A stretch of DNA of 64,000 nt from an uncultured Pseudomonadota bacterium. Lineage in GTDB: Bacteria; Pseudomonadota; Alphaproteobacteria; Rs-D84. The translations under genes and the position numbers were made by a program. Each line of letters begins with the position of its first letter. Position 1 is the first letter of the stretch. The stretch covers positions 221,242 through 285,241 of the forward strand of contig CACZJK010000001.1 of NCBI GenBank assembly GCA_902781465.1, written 5' to 3'. The notes under the pieces were generated by a model. The model saw only the letters and a program-made list of their open reading frames with translations. It was not told where the DNA came from and ran no database searches. Positions 9,600-19,336 of the stretch are shown here, in pieces.

Positions 9600-10856
9600 C
9601 TATTTTTTACGAAACGAATTCCAATAATCAAAACGTTTTTTGATTTCGCGTTCAAAACCGCGTTCGACAGGTTTGTAAAAACTTACGCGTTTCATTCCGT
9701 CTGGAAAACAGTTTTGACCACTGCATCCTGTTTCGGTTTCTGGATCATAAATATAACCTTCACCATATCCAAGATTTTTCATCATCTTGGTTGGGGCATT
9801 TAAAATATTTTTAGGGGGCATCAAAGAACCAGTATCGCGTGCGACGCTATACGAAGCGATTTGTGCCTTATATGCAGAAATGCTTTTTGGCGCCGTTGAT
9901 AAATATATTACCAGTTCTGTTAATGCAATATCACCTTCGGGTGAACCCATGCGTTCGTAAATTTGCCATGCTGATAATGCGATAGACATAGCATTTGGGT
10001 CGGCCAAACCGACATCTTCCATTGCGAAACGGGTTAGGCGACGTAATATATAACGTGGATCTTGACCTGATGTAATCATACGTGCTACCCAGTAAAGTGC
10101 AGCGTCTGTATCTGATGCGCGTAAAGATTTATGGACAGCAGAAATCAAATTATAATGTTCGTCACCACTTTTGTCAGACATTGGTGCGCGTTTCTGTATG
10201 ATTTCATCCAATTCATCTGAGTTTAATTCTTGTTTGAAATTTGCGCCAATCAGATATTCAACACTGTTTAATAGAAAGCGAGCATCGCCATCAGCCATTT
10301 GGACAAGGTGAGATTTTGCATTTTCATTTAATGGTAATTTTTTATCTAAAAATTTTTCAGCGCGTTCTATTAAAATCAATAAATCCGCCGTACACAACGG
10401 TTTTAATACGCCAACATGACATCTTGAAAGCAGAGCGTTATTCAAATTAAAACTTGGGTTTTCAGTAGTCGCGCCAATAAAAGTCACTGTGCCATCTTCA
10501 AGGTATGGCAAAAGAGTGTCTTGTTGTGTTTTATTGAATCGATGAATTTCGTCTATGAATAAAAGAGTGTTTCGCCCAATATTGTGGTTTTGACGCGCGA
10601 CATCCATAACCTTTTTTATGTCTGATGTTCCAGAAAATACCGCGGACAATGGAACAAAATCCATATCAACAGAATTTGCCAATGCACGCGCAATAGTGGT
10701 TTTTCCACATCCCGGCGGACCCCATAAAATCAGATTTGACAGATTGCCACTGTTCACCATGCGGCGGACAATACCGTTTTCGCCAAGTAAATCAGTTTGA
10801 CCGACTATGTCGTCAATTGTATGTGGTCGCATTAAATCTGCCAAAGGTCTTGTCAT
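9600..10856 (-). CDS. rarA: Replication-associated recombination protein A (RarA/MgsA AAA+ ATPase)
   Basis: Walker A GPPGCGKTT, Walker B LFIDEIHRFNK, and the C-terminal MgsA helical domain. Confidence 0.85.
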   Translation of the reverse strand: MTRPLADLMRPHTIDDIVGQTDLLGENGIVRRMVNSGNLSNLILWGPPGCGKTTIARALANSVDMDFVPLSAVFSGTSDIKKVMDVARQNHNIGRNTLLFIDEIHRFNKTQQDTLLPYLEDGTVTFIGATTENPSFNLNNALLSRCHVGVLKPLCTADLLILIERAEKFLDKKLPLNENAKSHLVQMADGDARFLLNSVEYLIGANFKQELNSDELDEIIQKRAPMSDKSGDEHYNLISAVHKSLRASDTDAALYWVARMITSGQDPRYILRRLTRFAMEDVGLADPNAMSIALSAWQIYERMGSPEGDIALTELVIYLSTAPKSISAYKAQIASYSVARDTGSLMPPKNILNAPTKMMKNLGYGEGYIYDPETETGCSGQNCFPDGMKRVSFYKPVERGFEREIKKRFDYWNSFRKK

Positions 10857-10880
10857 TTTAGTTTTATTTTCTTTAATCTT

Positions 10881-10896
10881 TATTTGTGATATAATA
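10881..10896 (+). promoter_or_regulatory. Extended -10 promoter motif TATTTGTGATATAAT
   Basis: Second copy of the TTTGTGATATAAT motif, lying in the divergent region between rarA and the 10961 ORF and oriented toward the plus-strand gene. Confidence 0.45.
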
Positions 10897-10960
10897 TATC
10901 ATAGTAAAGAAACGAGGGATTATCAAGTTGCTTGATAGCAAAAAACGATAGAGGACGTAA

Positions 10961-12307
10961 ATGTCTTTTATGGATGAAATACGGGTTTTTGCCGATAAAT
11001 TAAAGTTGCGTCATGACTATTTTCACGGCGCTAAGGGCCGTTTGGAAAAACCTTATCATAAAATAAAGAATTGGCGTCCCGAAAACGATGCATATGAAAT
11101 TGGCCGGACGGTCAGTTTAATAGGGGTTGATTTGGCTTGGTTTTTATTTTGTGTTGGTAAATTTGGTTTAAAGGATACAAAAAATGCTTTGAATACAATT
11201 TTTCTGAATAATTCTTTAATTGAAAAATGGTCAAAGGCAAAGCAAGAAACAGAAGTTAAAGATACAGATTCCAAATTCAAAAAGTTCTTTGAAAATTTAC
11301 AAAAAACACATCCGTTAGCGGCGGCCAGATTAAAATTATGGATGGTATATACTTTGATGGCATTATCTTTAAGTGGCGGGGTAAAGTTGGTGCAACACAA
11401 AGAAGACATCAAAGATAAATATACTGAAATGAAACAATTTATAGAAAAAAAGATGTATAAATACAGAAAATATAATCCATCAGATGACAATTTTATCAAT
11501 AGTTTTATCAATGATAATTGGGAAGAAATAGTTATAGGTTTGTTGGAATTTGAATCGTATCATGATAAACCTGTTTTGCAATCTGGCGAAAGCCGGTATA
11601 CTTATGGACCAGGCCTTACATGGGTTTATATCAAAGGGGAACAATACCCATGTGTTGGAAAATATAAAGATATGGCAGAAAATTTTTCTGATAAAGAAAT
11701 ATGGGGCCAGGTAAGACAACATTGTTTATATAAAACAGAATGTTTGCCACGTATAAGAAAAGGGTTGGTAAAATATGGTTTTGATGATGTTTCTGTATCG
11801 CAAGCATTGGCTTTAATGTTTGCGGGTTATCAATTATCGAATCCTGTAAAAGATATAATAAGTCGTTTGAAAGCGGCCGGTAATGATGAACAAAAAATAA
11901 TAGATGCTTTTATTGCGGGAAATGAAGTAAAACAAAAATGGCGTAATGGAACTAATAAAAGACGCTGGTGGTGTGCCATGTTATATGCTGGCAAGATAAG
12001 CATAGAAGATTTTGTTAATATGGACAGGGATGCTTTTTCTAAAATAGATATTGATAAGATTTTACAGGATGGGCATTTTGTGTTTGATGAAGAAATAATC
12101 TTATATGCATTATCCCAAAAAAAACCAAGTACGGGAAATGTTCAAGATTTTATTATTTCAAAACATATTTTGGATGATGTAAACACAATATTTATTTCTA
12201 AAAAGCCGAAACCAAAAGTTATTGCTTTTAATGACGGAGTTTTAAAAATTAAAAACAGACGAACTAATAATATCGTTTATCAATTTAATGATGAATATCA
12301 AGCGTAA
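10961..12307 (+). CDS. Hypothetical cytoplasmic protein (448 aa), no recognisable domain
   Basis: Long ORF with GAGGA RBS and an upstream promoter motif. No signal peptide or TM segments. Lys-rich basic C-terminus. Confidence 0.5.
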   Translation: MSFMDEIRVFADKLKLRHDYFHGAKGRLEKPYHKIKNWRPENDAYEIGRTVSLIGVDLAWFLFCVGKFGLKDTKNALNTIFLNNSLIEKWSKAKQETEVKDTDSKFKKFFENLQKTHPLAAARLKLWMVYTLMALSLSGGVKLVQHKEDIKDKYTEMKQFIEKKMYKYRKYNPSDDNFINSFINDNWEEIVIGLLEFESYHDKPVLQSGESRYTYGPGLTWVYIKGEQYPCVGKYKDMAENFSDKEIWGQVRQHCLYKTECLPRIRKGLVKYGFDDVSVSQALALMFAGYQLSNPVKDIISRLKAAGNDEQKIIDAFIAGNEVKQKWRNGTNKRRWWCAMLYAGKISIEDFVNMDRDAFSKIDIDKILQDGHFVFDEEIILYALSQKKPSTGNVQDFIISKHILDDVNTIFISKKPKPKVIAFNDGVLKIKNRRTNNIVYQFNDEYQA

Positions 12308-12318
12308 GGAAAAATAAA

Positions 12319-14322
12319 ATGCAAGTTTATGTAAATGTTGAAAACAGACAATGGAAAAAATATAAAATAGATTTTGAAAAAATCGCAAACGCGGCTGTTT
12401 CTGCCGTATACAAAGATTCGGAAGTTTCTATAACGCTGGTTGATGATAAACAGATACATAAATTAAACAAACAATATCGTGGTATGGATAAACCAACAAA
12501 TGTCTTATCTTTTGAATTAAGGGACAAGGTTTTATTGGGGGATATTTTTATTTCACTTGATACTGTCAAACGCGAAGCAAAAGAAGCGGGGATTTCTGTT
12601 GAAGAACATACCGCGCATATGATTGTTCATGGTATGTTGCACCTGCAAGGATATGATCATATCAAAGATAAAGAAGCCAAAATAATGGAATCCAAAGAAA
12701 TACAGATATTAAAAAAACTAGGTTATAAAAATCCTTATGCCGATGAAGTGTGTGCATGTGATATGTCGTGTGGTTCTTGTAAATTAGTCAATAAATTACA
12801 ATCTATTAAAATACGCGAAAACAGTTTTTGGTGGTATTTTATTGCGTCGATTTTGGGTGTTATAACTTCTTTTGGTTTTGCTCCATTTAATTTGTGGATG
12901 TTATCTTTGTTTGGTATAGGGGAAATGTACTATTTAATAACCAAGCAAAATACAAAGGTTAGTTTTGCCAAGGCTTATTTATTATCTTTTCCGTTTGGTG
13001 CGTTTTATGGAATCGCGATGTTTTGGTGGGTGTTGAATTCTATATATGTGATTCCTGAATTGGCGGCACAATTTGCAATATGGACATTGCCGGCATTGAT
13101 TGGAATAGGTTTGTTGTGTGGTATAATTCTTTCTTTGCCATTTGCGATAATTCGCTATGTTTCAAGAAAACCATCGCAAAGAGCGATTTTATTTGCGTGT
13201 CTTTGGACATTGGTTTTATGGGGACGCGAATGGTTTTTAACAGGCTTTCCATGGAATCCAATTTCTAATATTACAATGAATATTCCGATGGTTGCGAACT
13301 CTATGTCTTTGTGGGGGGCGTTGGGGTTAAGTTTTGTAATAATCGGTTTAATCTCATCATCTGTTGAATTGTTGCGTAAAAAGCAAAAATCAAATTTGTT
13401 CGTTTTTGGATTGTTTATTGGTCTGTTTTTAATAGGGTGTGTTGCAGGATATAAAAATATGATGGTATCTGATAATATGCATAGCGCGCCGTTGATAAGA
13501 ATTGTACAGCCGGCACAATCCGCCGTATACAAGGTGCCAACATCTAAAACAGAGGCGCAAAATATAGCAAAACAAAAAATACGCGATTTGTTTATTTGGG
13601 CGACAAATGATAAAGAGGAAAATCCTGATTTAATCGTATTTCCTGAAACTGCATATCCGTATACCATGGTTGATAATTCTTTTCCTTTATCGCGCGTATT
13701 AAATACAAATGTTATTATGGGAACAAATTCTTACAGTGATGGTAATTTATATAATTCGATGGTTTTTGCGGATAAAACAGGTGTGGTTAAACATTTATAC
13801 AGTAAATCACATTTGGTTCCTTTCGGTGAATACAGACCATTTGGCGATATTGTGCCGACACCTGGACAATTAACAGCTGGTAATGGTAAAGAGTTGATAA
13901 CTATAAAAACTGGGCGTGGTGATTTTGTTTTTGCACCAGCAATTTGTTATGAAATTATATTTTCAGATTCTTTGATTCCGCGTGGCACAACGCCAAATGC
14001 TATTATAAATATAACAAATGATACTTGGTTTGGTTTGACCCCAGGTGTTTTTCAGCATCTTGATATGGTGCGCAGATATGCCATAGAATCAGGTGTGCCA
14101 ATCGTTCGTTCTAATTATTCGGGTATAAGCGCTTTTGTCGGGGCAGATGGTAATATTATATCTATGATGCCGGTTGGTGAAACGGGTTCTTTGGATGGTT
14201 TTGTTTGGGGGGCGCATAATACGCCGTACAGAACAGGTGGACGTGATTTGTGGATGGCGTTTATTTTGATGTTTTCAATAATTGCTTCAATATCCATATC
14301 CTTGTTTCAGAAGAAAGATTAG
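12319..14322 (+). CDS. Fusion protein: YbeY endoribonuclease domain (N-terminal) plus apolipoprotein N-acyltransferase Lnt (C-terminal)
   Basis: Residues about 1-140 carry the YbeY zinc motif HGMLHLQGYDH. Residues about 160-667 show the Lnt architecture of multi-TM segments, a CN-hydrolase domain with FPE and catalytic Cys in PAICYEIIF, and a terminal TM. The reading frame is single and uninterrupted in this sequence. Confidence 0.7.
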   Translation: MQVYVNVENRQWKKYKIDFEKIANAAVSAVYKDSEVSITLVDDKQIHKLNKQYRGMDKPTNVLSFELRDKVLLGDIFISLDTVKREAKEAGISVEEHTAHMIVHGMLHLQGYDHIKDKEAKIMESKEIQILKKLGYKNPYADEVCACDMSCGSCKLVNKLQSIKIRENSFWWYFIASILGVITSFGFAPFNLWMLSLFGIGEMYYLITKQNTKVSFAKAYLLSFPFGAFYGIAMFWWVLNSIYVIPELAAQFAIWTLPALIGIGLLCGIILSLPFAIIRYVSRKPSQRAILFACLWTLVLWGREWFLTGFPWNPISNITMNIPMVANSMSLWGALGLSFVIIGLISSSVELLRKKQKSNLFVFGLFIGLFLIGCVAGYKNMMVSDNMHSAPLIRIVQPAQSAVYKVPTSKTEAQNIAKQKIRDLFIWATNDKEENPDLIVFPETAYPYTMVDNSFPLSRVLNTNVIMGTNSYSDGNLYNSMVFADKTGVVKHLYSKSHLVPFGEYRPFGDIVPTPGQLTAGNGKELITIKTGRGDFVFAPAICYEIIFSDSLIPRGTTPNAIINITNDTWFGLTPGVFQHLDMVRRYAIESGVPIVRSNYSGISAFVGADGNIISMMPVGETGSLDGFVWGAHNTPYRTGGRDLWMAFILMFSIIASISISLFQKKD

Positions 14323-14474
14323 AATCAGGATTTCTTGTTTCGTCAATGTTTTTTATAATGGAAGCAATTGATATATTGCGGTCATTTGCGATTTTTTGTA
14401 GTACATCAAAGAATTCTTGTTCTATTGATATACTGGTTTGATGGCCTGATAAAGATACTGACATTTTATGCATT

Positions 14475-14924
14475 TTATATTTTCCCAACAATTAAACAAT
14501 CTGTCATTGCGCGATAAGGATCGTCATATTTACGCAAAACAGATAATGTTAAATTATCCAACATAAAGCAAGTGCCAGTGGCATCAAATGCAAACCAAAA
14601 TAAATCGTTGCGACCAAAAACTGTTTTCCCAAATAAATTTTTATTTCCATACATATCTTTGTTGATTTTTACAATAGAAGGCAGGGGGTATTTAGTTCCG
14701 CGTTCAATTTCATTTGGCCCAAAAACGCATGCAGCCCCCAATGTTATTCCAAAAGATGATGTATAAAAATCTTGTAAAAAGGCCGGCAACATTGCTGCAC
14801 GCATATCTTGTAAATTAGTGTTTGCGATATTTATACCGGTTAATTCTTTTGGTTCGTATATGACGGCACCGCGTGATTTCATCAAAGATAAAAATTCTTC
14901 TTTATTCATTTTATTCATTCCCAC
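14475..14924 (-). CDS. Hypothetical protein (149 aa)
   Basis: ORF overlapping the upstream gene by 14 nt (translational coupling). No recognisable motif. Confidence 0.4.
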   Translation of the reverse strand: MGMNKMNKEEFLSLMKSRGAVIYEPKELTGINIANTNLQDMRAAMLPAFLQDFYTSSFGITLGAACVFGPNEIERGTKYPLPSIVKINKDMYGNKNLFGKTVFGRNDLFWFAFDATGTCFMLDNLTLSVLRKYDDPYRAMTDCLIVGKI

Positions 14925-15417
14925 GTCCAGACATTGCGTTAAAAGCGGCCTGGCTTAATCTGTCTGTTGTTGCGTTGCCGCCGTCACCACCGCCGCCAGT
15001 ATGTGAAGTCACATATATTTTCTTTTTTGGATTTGGTAAGTAAATTATTTGTGCATCACTTTGTTCAATTATAAATTTATCCAAATTAAAAGAGTGCGGA
15101 AATGTCCAGCATAAAAACATGTTTGATGTATCAAGTTCACCACCCCAAAGAATAGGGATTCTGAATCTGATAGATATGTTATCTGGTAAAGACTTGCCCA
15201 TAAGTAGATTTATAAATTCATCTTGGGACAGGTTCATAAAGGTCAGTTCTTCTATTGAATCAGAAAGAGATGCAATAAATTCACGACGCAGCGCAGAATA
15301 TTTTTGGAACCAATCGGCGCTTAACGAACATTTCTGGGGTTTATATGCCATAACAGGCATATCGTCCATGCCAAGTTGAGATAATCTGTCGTGCGCCGAA
15401 TGTTCGTTTAATTGCAT
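14911..15417 (-). CDS. Hypothetical protein (168 aa), Gly-rich C-terminus (HTGGGGDGG)
   Basis: ORF in the same orientation and tightly packed between two other unknown ORFs. Confidence 0.4.
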   Translation of the reverse strand: MQLNEHSAHDRLSQLGMDDMPVMAYKPQKCSLSADWFQKYSALRREFIASLSDSIEELTFMNLSQDEFINLLMGKSLPDNISIRFRIPILWGGELDTSNMFLCWTFPHSFNLDKFIIEQSDAQIIYLPNPKKKIYVTSHTGGGGDGGNATTDRLSQAAFNAMSGRGNE

Positions 15418-15429
15418 TGTTTAACCCCG

Positions 15430-16305
15430 TTATATATTCTTGATATATTGTATTATTGTATCAATATATTCAGAATAAGAATCAAAACTTTCACGATCGT
15501 CTTCACTGATTTTGTCGGCAGGATGTTCATCAATAAATGCCTTTAATTCATCAATAGATTTAAATATATGTATATTATCATTATTATTGTATCTGCCCAT
15601 TGTATCCAATATAAATGCGTTTATATGAATTGGTATATCTTCCAATGTTTCTTTGAATACAGAATTTAATTTTTCAAGTGCATTTGTCATTTTATCTATA
15701 TCACAATCAACACCGCCAACCCAAATAATTTCGTTGTTTCCGATTGCAAACAGATTTGGCGTAAATCCTGATATAGTTGGATTAGGTTTTACGATATATC
15801 CATTGTTTGAAAACACTTCCGAGATTATTGGGTTATATGGATTTTCAGATGGTGCCAGTTTTTTTTGTCGTTCTGGTTCAGTATGTTTTTGTGCGACAAT
15901 TTGTGCCATATTGTTTGGTAAATTTAATCTCGGTGGACGAGATGCAGAAATAACAGGTTGGTTAATCGTTGTTTCTTCTTCTTTTGTTTCTTTAACAGGT
16001 TCGTTTGCGATTTTTTGTTGTGGAACAATGACAACCGCGTTTTTAGGTCTGTGTATATGTTGTATTATTATTTGACGATATATAAAATATATGCCAAATA
16101 CAAATATCAATACCGCAACAATAAATGATAAATAAAAACCGATGCTTATAGGGGTTTGAGATGCCTGTAATTTAGCAAATTCGTCCCAGTGCCCTTTGCA
16201 AAACATATTGAAATTAAATATGGTGTTCAACCAAAAGGATAAACCCAGTAATACGGATAACCCCAACAGAATAGATAACAAAATATGTTCTAATTTATTT
16301 TTCAT
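15430..16305 (-). CDS. Hypothetical membrane-anchored protein (291 aa)
   Basis: Two N-terminal TM helices followed by a Pro/Lys-rich linker and a soluble domain. First gene of an apparent three-gene minus-strand operon. Confidence 0.45.
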   Translation of the reverse strand: MKNKLEHILLSILLGLSVLLGLSFWLNTIFNFNMFCKGHWDEFAKLQASQTPISIGFYLSFIVAVLIFVFGIYFIYRQIIIQHIHRPKNAVVIVPQQKIANEPVKETKEEETTINQPVISASRPPRLNLPNNMAQIVAQKHTEPERQKKLAPSENPYNPIISEVFSNNGYIVKPNPTISGFTPNLFAIGNNEIIWVGGVDCDIDKMTNALEKLNSVFKETLEDIPIHINAFILDTMGRYNNNDNIHIFKSIDELKAFIDEHPADKISEDDRESFDSYSEYIDTIIQYIKNI

Positions 16306-16324
16306 TTCATTTCTATTCTATCAT

Positions 16325-16340
16325 ATTTTGTGATAAACTG
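16325..16340 (+). promoter_or_regulatory. Extended -10 promoter variant TTTTGTGATAAACT with near-leaderless geometry
   Basis: TG-A-TAAACT lies only 7-8 nt upstream of the ATG at 16348 and no SD is present. Confidence 0.35.
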
Positions 16341-16347
16341 GAATAAA

Positions 16348-17019
16348 ATGATTGATATAAATGAAATTTTTTCTGATTCGGATAAAAGGATTGCTTTTTG
16401 GTGCGAAAATGTGGCCGACACCAATGATTTGGCAATAATGTGTGAAAATATAATTAATAATGGTGTTGGTTTGATATCTGTGCCACGTGAAATAGTGTCT
16501 GGGGTTTGGACATATCTTGAAAAAACAGATGTTAAAATATTAACACGTTTTGATTTTAATCCTGTATCCAAGAACATAGATAGTGATATGTACAATTTAG
16601 GGGCAAATATAACAGATGTTTGCAAGCATGGCGCCAGTGGTGTTCAGATTTTTATAAAAATGCAAGATTTTGAACATTTCGTTGATGCTTTGAAAACAGT
16701 TCGTGATGATTTGTTTTTTGAACATGATTTGTCTATTGTTATGGATGTAGAAGATATTGATATAAATAGTTTGCCTTTTATATTTCAAAAGTTGCGCGAA
16801 ATAAGGGCAAATTCTTTTGGTTTAACATTAAATGAAGATATGGGGAACAGGTCTGATTTTGTCGGACGAATCTATGGTCTGTTGCAACAGTTAGATTTTG
16901 ATGGGGAATTGCATTTTATATTGGGTAATAATTTTGACAGAATTGACCAAGTAGTGCGTTTAACAGAAATCGTCTGTCCGGTGAATTCTGGGCGGTTAAA
17001 GTTTTTCCTTGATTATTAA
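16348..17019 (+). CDS. Hypothetical protein (about 223 aa)
   Basis: ORF divergent from the 14475-16305 operon. The ORF track starts at GTG 16330. The ATG at 16348 (MIDINEIF) sits directly behind the promoter motif. Confidence 0.45.
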   Translation: MIDINEIFSDSDKRIAFWCENVADTNDLAIMCENIINNGVGLISVPREIVSGVWTYLEKTDVKILTRFDFNPVSKNIDSDMYNLGANITDVCKHGASGVQIFIKMQDFEHFVDALKTVRDDLFFEHDLSIVMDVEDIDINSLPFIFQKLREIRANSFGLTLNEDMGNRSDFVGRIYGLLQQLDFDGELHFILGNNFDRIDQVVRLTEIVCPVNSGRLKFFLDY

Positions 17020-17684
17020 TCAATTGATAAAATCAGATATTTTGGTGCCGCTGTTCCGGCCTTGTTTTTAATTTGATATCTGGTTTTTATGGTATCTAAT
17101 TCGGTAGATTTTATAACAAGATTGGTTTGTTTTAATTGTTCAACAATCCAATCGTAATATTCCCAATGGTCCGTGCCAATGATTATAGAAGATTCTTTTG
17201 TCATAAATTTTGATAACAGATTCAAGAAATCGTGATTTAATAATCTGCGTTTTTCATGTCTTGCCTTTGGCCATGGATCAGGGTGCAATACCCAAATTTC
17301 ATTAAATTTAATGTTTCCAAGTTCTTTTAGCATTAAACGCACATCGTCAGGCCAAACGCGTATGTTTTTGTATTCGTCAATCAGTGTATTATCCGATTCG
17401 TTTGTGATGGCAGACATCAGGGCGGCAACGCCGTTCATAAAAGGTTCTGCACCGATAATAATTGAGTTTGGATTTTGAATTGCCAAATCACGTAAATGTT
17501 CACCGTTACCGAATCCAACCTCTAAAATTACCGGTTTTTCGGAAAAATCAGTGGTGTTTGGTGCAATGTTTGGTAATAAGTTATCCATCAACCACTGTTT
17601 TCTGTTTGATAACTTTTTCCCGTGTCTGCGCCCAAAAGTTCGCAGATTTTCGTGTTCAAAATTTTTTAATTCTTGTTTTTCCAT
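17016..17684 (-). CDS. trmB: tRNA (guanine46-N7)-methyltransferase TrmB
   Basis: SAM-binding motif LEVGFGNGEHL and the TrmB-family core. Confidence 0.8.
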   Translation of the reverse strand: MEKQELKNFEHENLRTFGRRHGKKLSNRKQWLMDNLLPNIAPNTTDFSEKPVILEVGFGNGEHLRDLAIQNPNSIIIGAEPFMNGVAALMSAITNESDNTLIDEYKNIRVWPDDVRLMLKELGNIKFNEIWVLHPDPWPKARHEKRRLLNHDFLNLLSKFMTKESSIIIGTDHWEYYDWIVEQLKQTNLVIKSTELDTIKTRYQIKNKAGTAAPKYLILSID

Positions 17685-17732
17685 ATAATTAGTATAAAAT
17701 CACTTTGATATAAAAACAAGGATGAAATAAAA

Positions 17733-19307
17733 ATGCGAAACGGATTATCAAAAGATTTAATAGCACGTGTATTGGGAAATAGCCCAAAATATACTTTGGA
17801 TGAATTAGAAGCCAAATTCCCAGCCCGTCAATTACCAGAAGGGGCTTTTGTCACACGTTTCGCACCAAGTCCAACCGGATATATGCATTTGGGCGGTTTG
17901 TATGGTTCTTTGATTGATTGTAAATTGGCATCTCAGTCAAATGGCGTTTTTATGTTGCGTATCGAAGATACAGATACCAAACGCGAAGTTAAAGATGCGG
18001 TTGATATTATTATTAAATCTTTGGAAAAGTTTGGTTTGAAATACAATGATATGCCTGAATATGGGCCTTATTACCAATCGCAACGTAAAGATATTTACCA
18101 TTCTGTTGCAGCGTATTTACTAGAAAACGGTATGGCGTATCCTTGCTTTTTAACTGCGGAAGAAATGGAAGAAATCCGCAAACAACAAACTGCGGCTGGG
18201 TTTGCAACTGGTATTTATGGCGAATGGGCAAAATATAGAAATATAAGCGAAGAAGAAATAATATCCCATCTTGATAATGGTGAAATTCCATCAATTCGTT
18301 TGTATTCAACCGGTAATCCAGAACAGAGAATTTTCTGTAAAGATGCGGTTCGTGGTTCTATATCTTTCCCAGAAAATAACGAAGATACTGTTTTAATCAA
18401 ATCTAATGACAGATTGCCAACGTATCATTTTGCACACCTTTGCGATGATCATTTTATGCGTACAACACATGTTGTTCGTGGTGAAGAATGGTTATCTTCA
18501 TTTCCTTTACATGTTCAAATGTTTCGTATGATGGGATGGATGCCACCGCTTTATATTCATACATCTACGATTGATAAGATAGATGCAGAAACAGGCAAGC
18601 AAAGAAAATTGTCAAAACGTCATGACCCAGAAGCAAATGTAGCGTTCTTTTTACAGGCGGGTTGGCCAACAGAATCCGTGATTGAATATTTGGGTAATAT
18701 AGCGGCATCTGGATACGAAGAAGCAAAAATGAAAGGTATGGTAAAATCTTTCTGGGATTATGAAATGCGTCCAAAGAAAATACCAATGTCTGGATCGTTG
18801 TTTGATATGAAAAAACTGGAATGGTGGGCCAAAGAATATATTGCCACATTGTCTGTGCCAGATTTAGTTAAATCTGTTATAGATTGGGCAAAAGAATACG
18901 GAAATGACGATAATAAAAAACAGGTTGAAAATATTGAATATTTAACATCTGTATTATCTATCGAACGCGACAATCCAAAACGTATTCGCAAAGATTTTAT
19001 TACATGGCAACAAACATTAAACGAAGTTTCTTACTTCTGGGATTTCTTGTTCAATGCAAATAAAGAATATGAATATAACAAAGATGTGTTGCGTGAATTC
19101 TTGGCGACTTTTGCCGGCGCCGATGACAAAGATACATGGTGGAATAAAATTGTCGCAGTTGCCGAAAAATGTGGTGTTAAACCGGGCGATGTCGCGATGA
19201 ATTTACGTGTCGCAATGACAGGTCGTACCAATACGCCTGATTTATATTCTTTGATGAGTGTATTGGGCAACGAACGTGTTGTCGAGAGAATAAATATGAT
19301 TTTATAA
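17733..19307 (+). CDS. gltX: Glutamate--tRNA ligase
   Basis: Class I aaRS with HIGH-type motif (PSPTGYMHLGG) and KMSKS-type motif (RKLSKR). GluRS-like anticodon-binding C-terminal extension. Confidence 0.85.
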   Translation: MRNGLSKDLIARVLGNSPKYTLDELEAKFPARQLPEGAFVTRFAPSPTGYMHLGGLYGSLIDCKLASQSNGVFMLRIEDTDTKREVKDAVDIIIKSLEKFGLKYNDMPEYGPYYQSQRKDIYHSVAAYLLENGMAYPCFLTAEEMEEIRKQQTAAGFATGIYGEWAKYRNISEEEIISHLDNGEIPSIRLYSTGNPEQRIFCKDAVRGSISFPENNEDTVLIKSNDRLPTYHFAHLCDDHFMRTTHVVRGEEWLSSFPLHVQMFRMMGWMPPLYIHTSTIDKIDAETGKQRKLSKRHDPEANVAFFLQAGWPTESVIEYLGNIAASGYEEAKMKGMVKSFWDYEMRPKKIPMSGSLFDMKKLEWWAKEYIATLSVPDLVKSVIDWAKEYGNDDNKKQVENIEYLTSVLSIERDNPKRIRKDFITWQQTLNEVSYFWDFLFNANKEYEYNKDVLREFLATFAGADDKDTWWNKIVAVAEKCGVKPGDVAMNLRVAMTGRTNTPDLYSLMSVLGNERVVERINMIL

Positions 19308-19336
19308 TTTGTTATTGAAAGGAAAGGGGAGTTTTT

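Noticed and set aside
15653-16075. 140-aa plus-strand ORF
   Set aside because: It is antisense to the 15430-16305 membrane protein ORF, has no RBS and is judged spurious.
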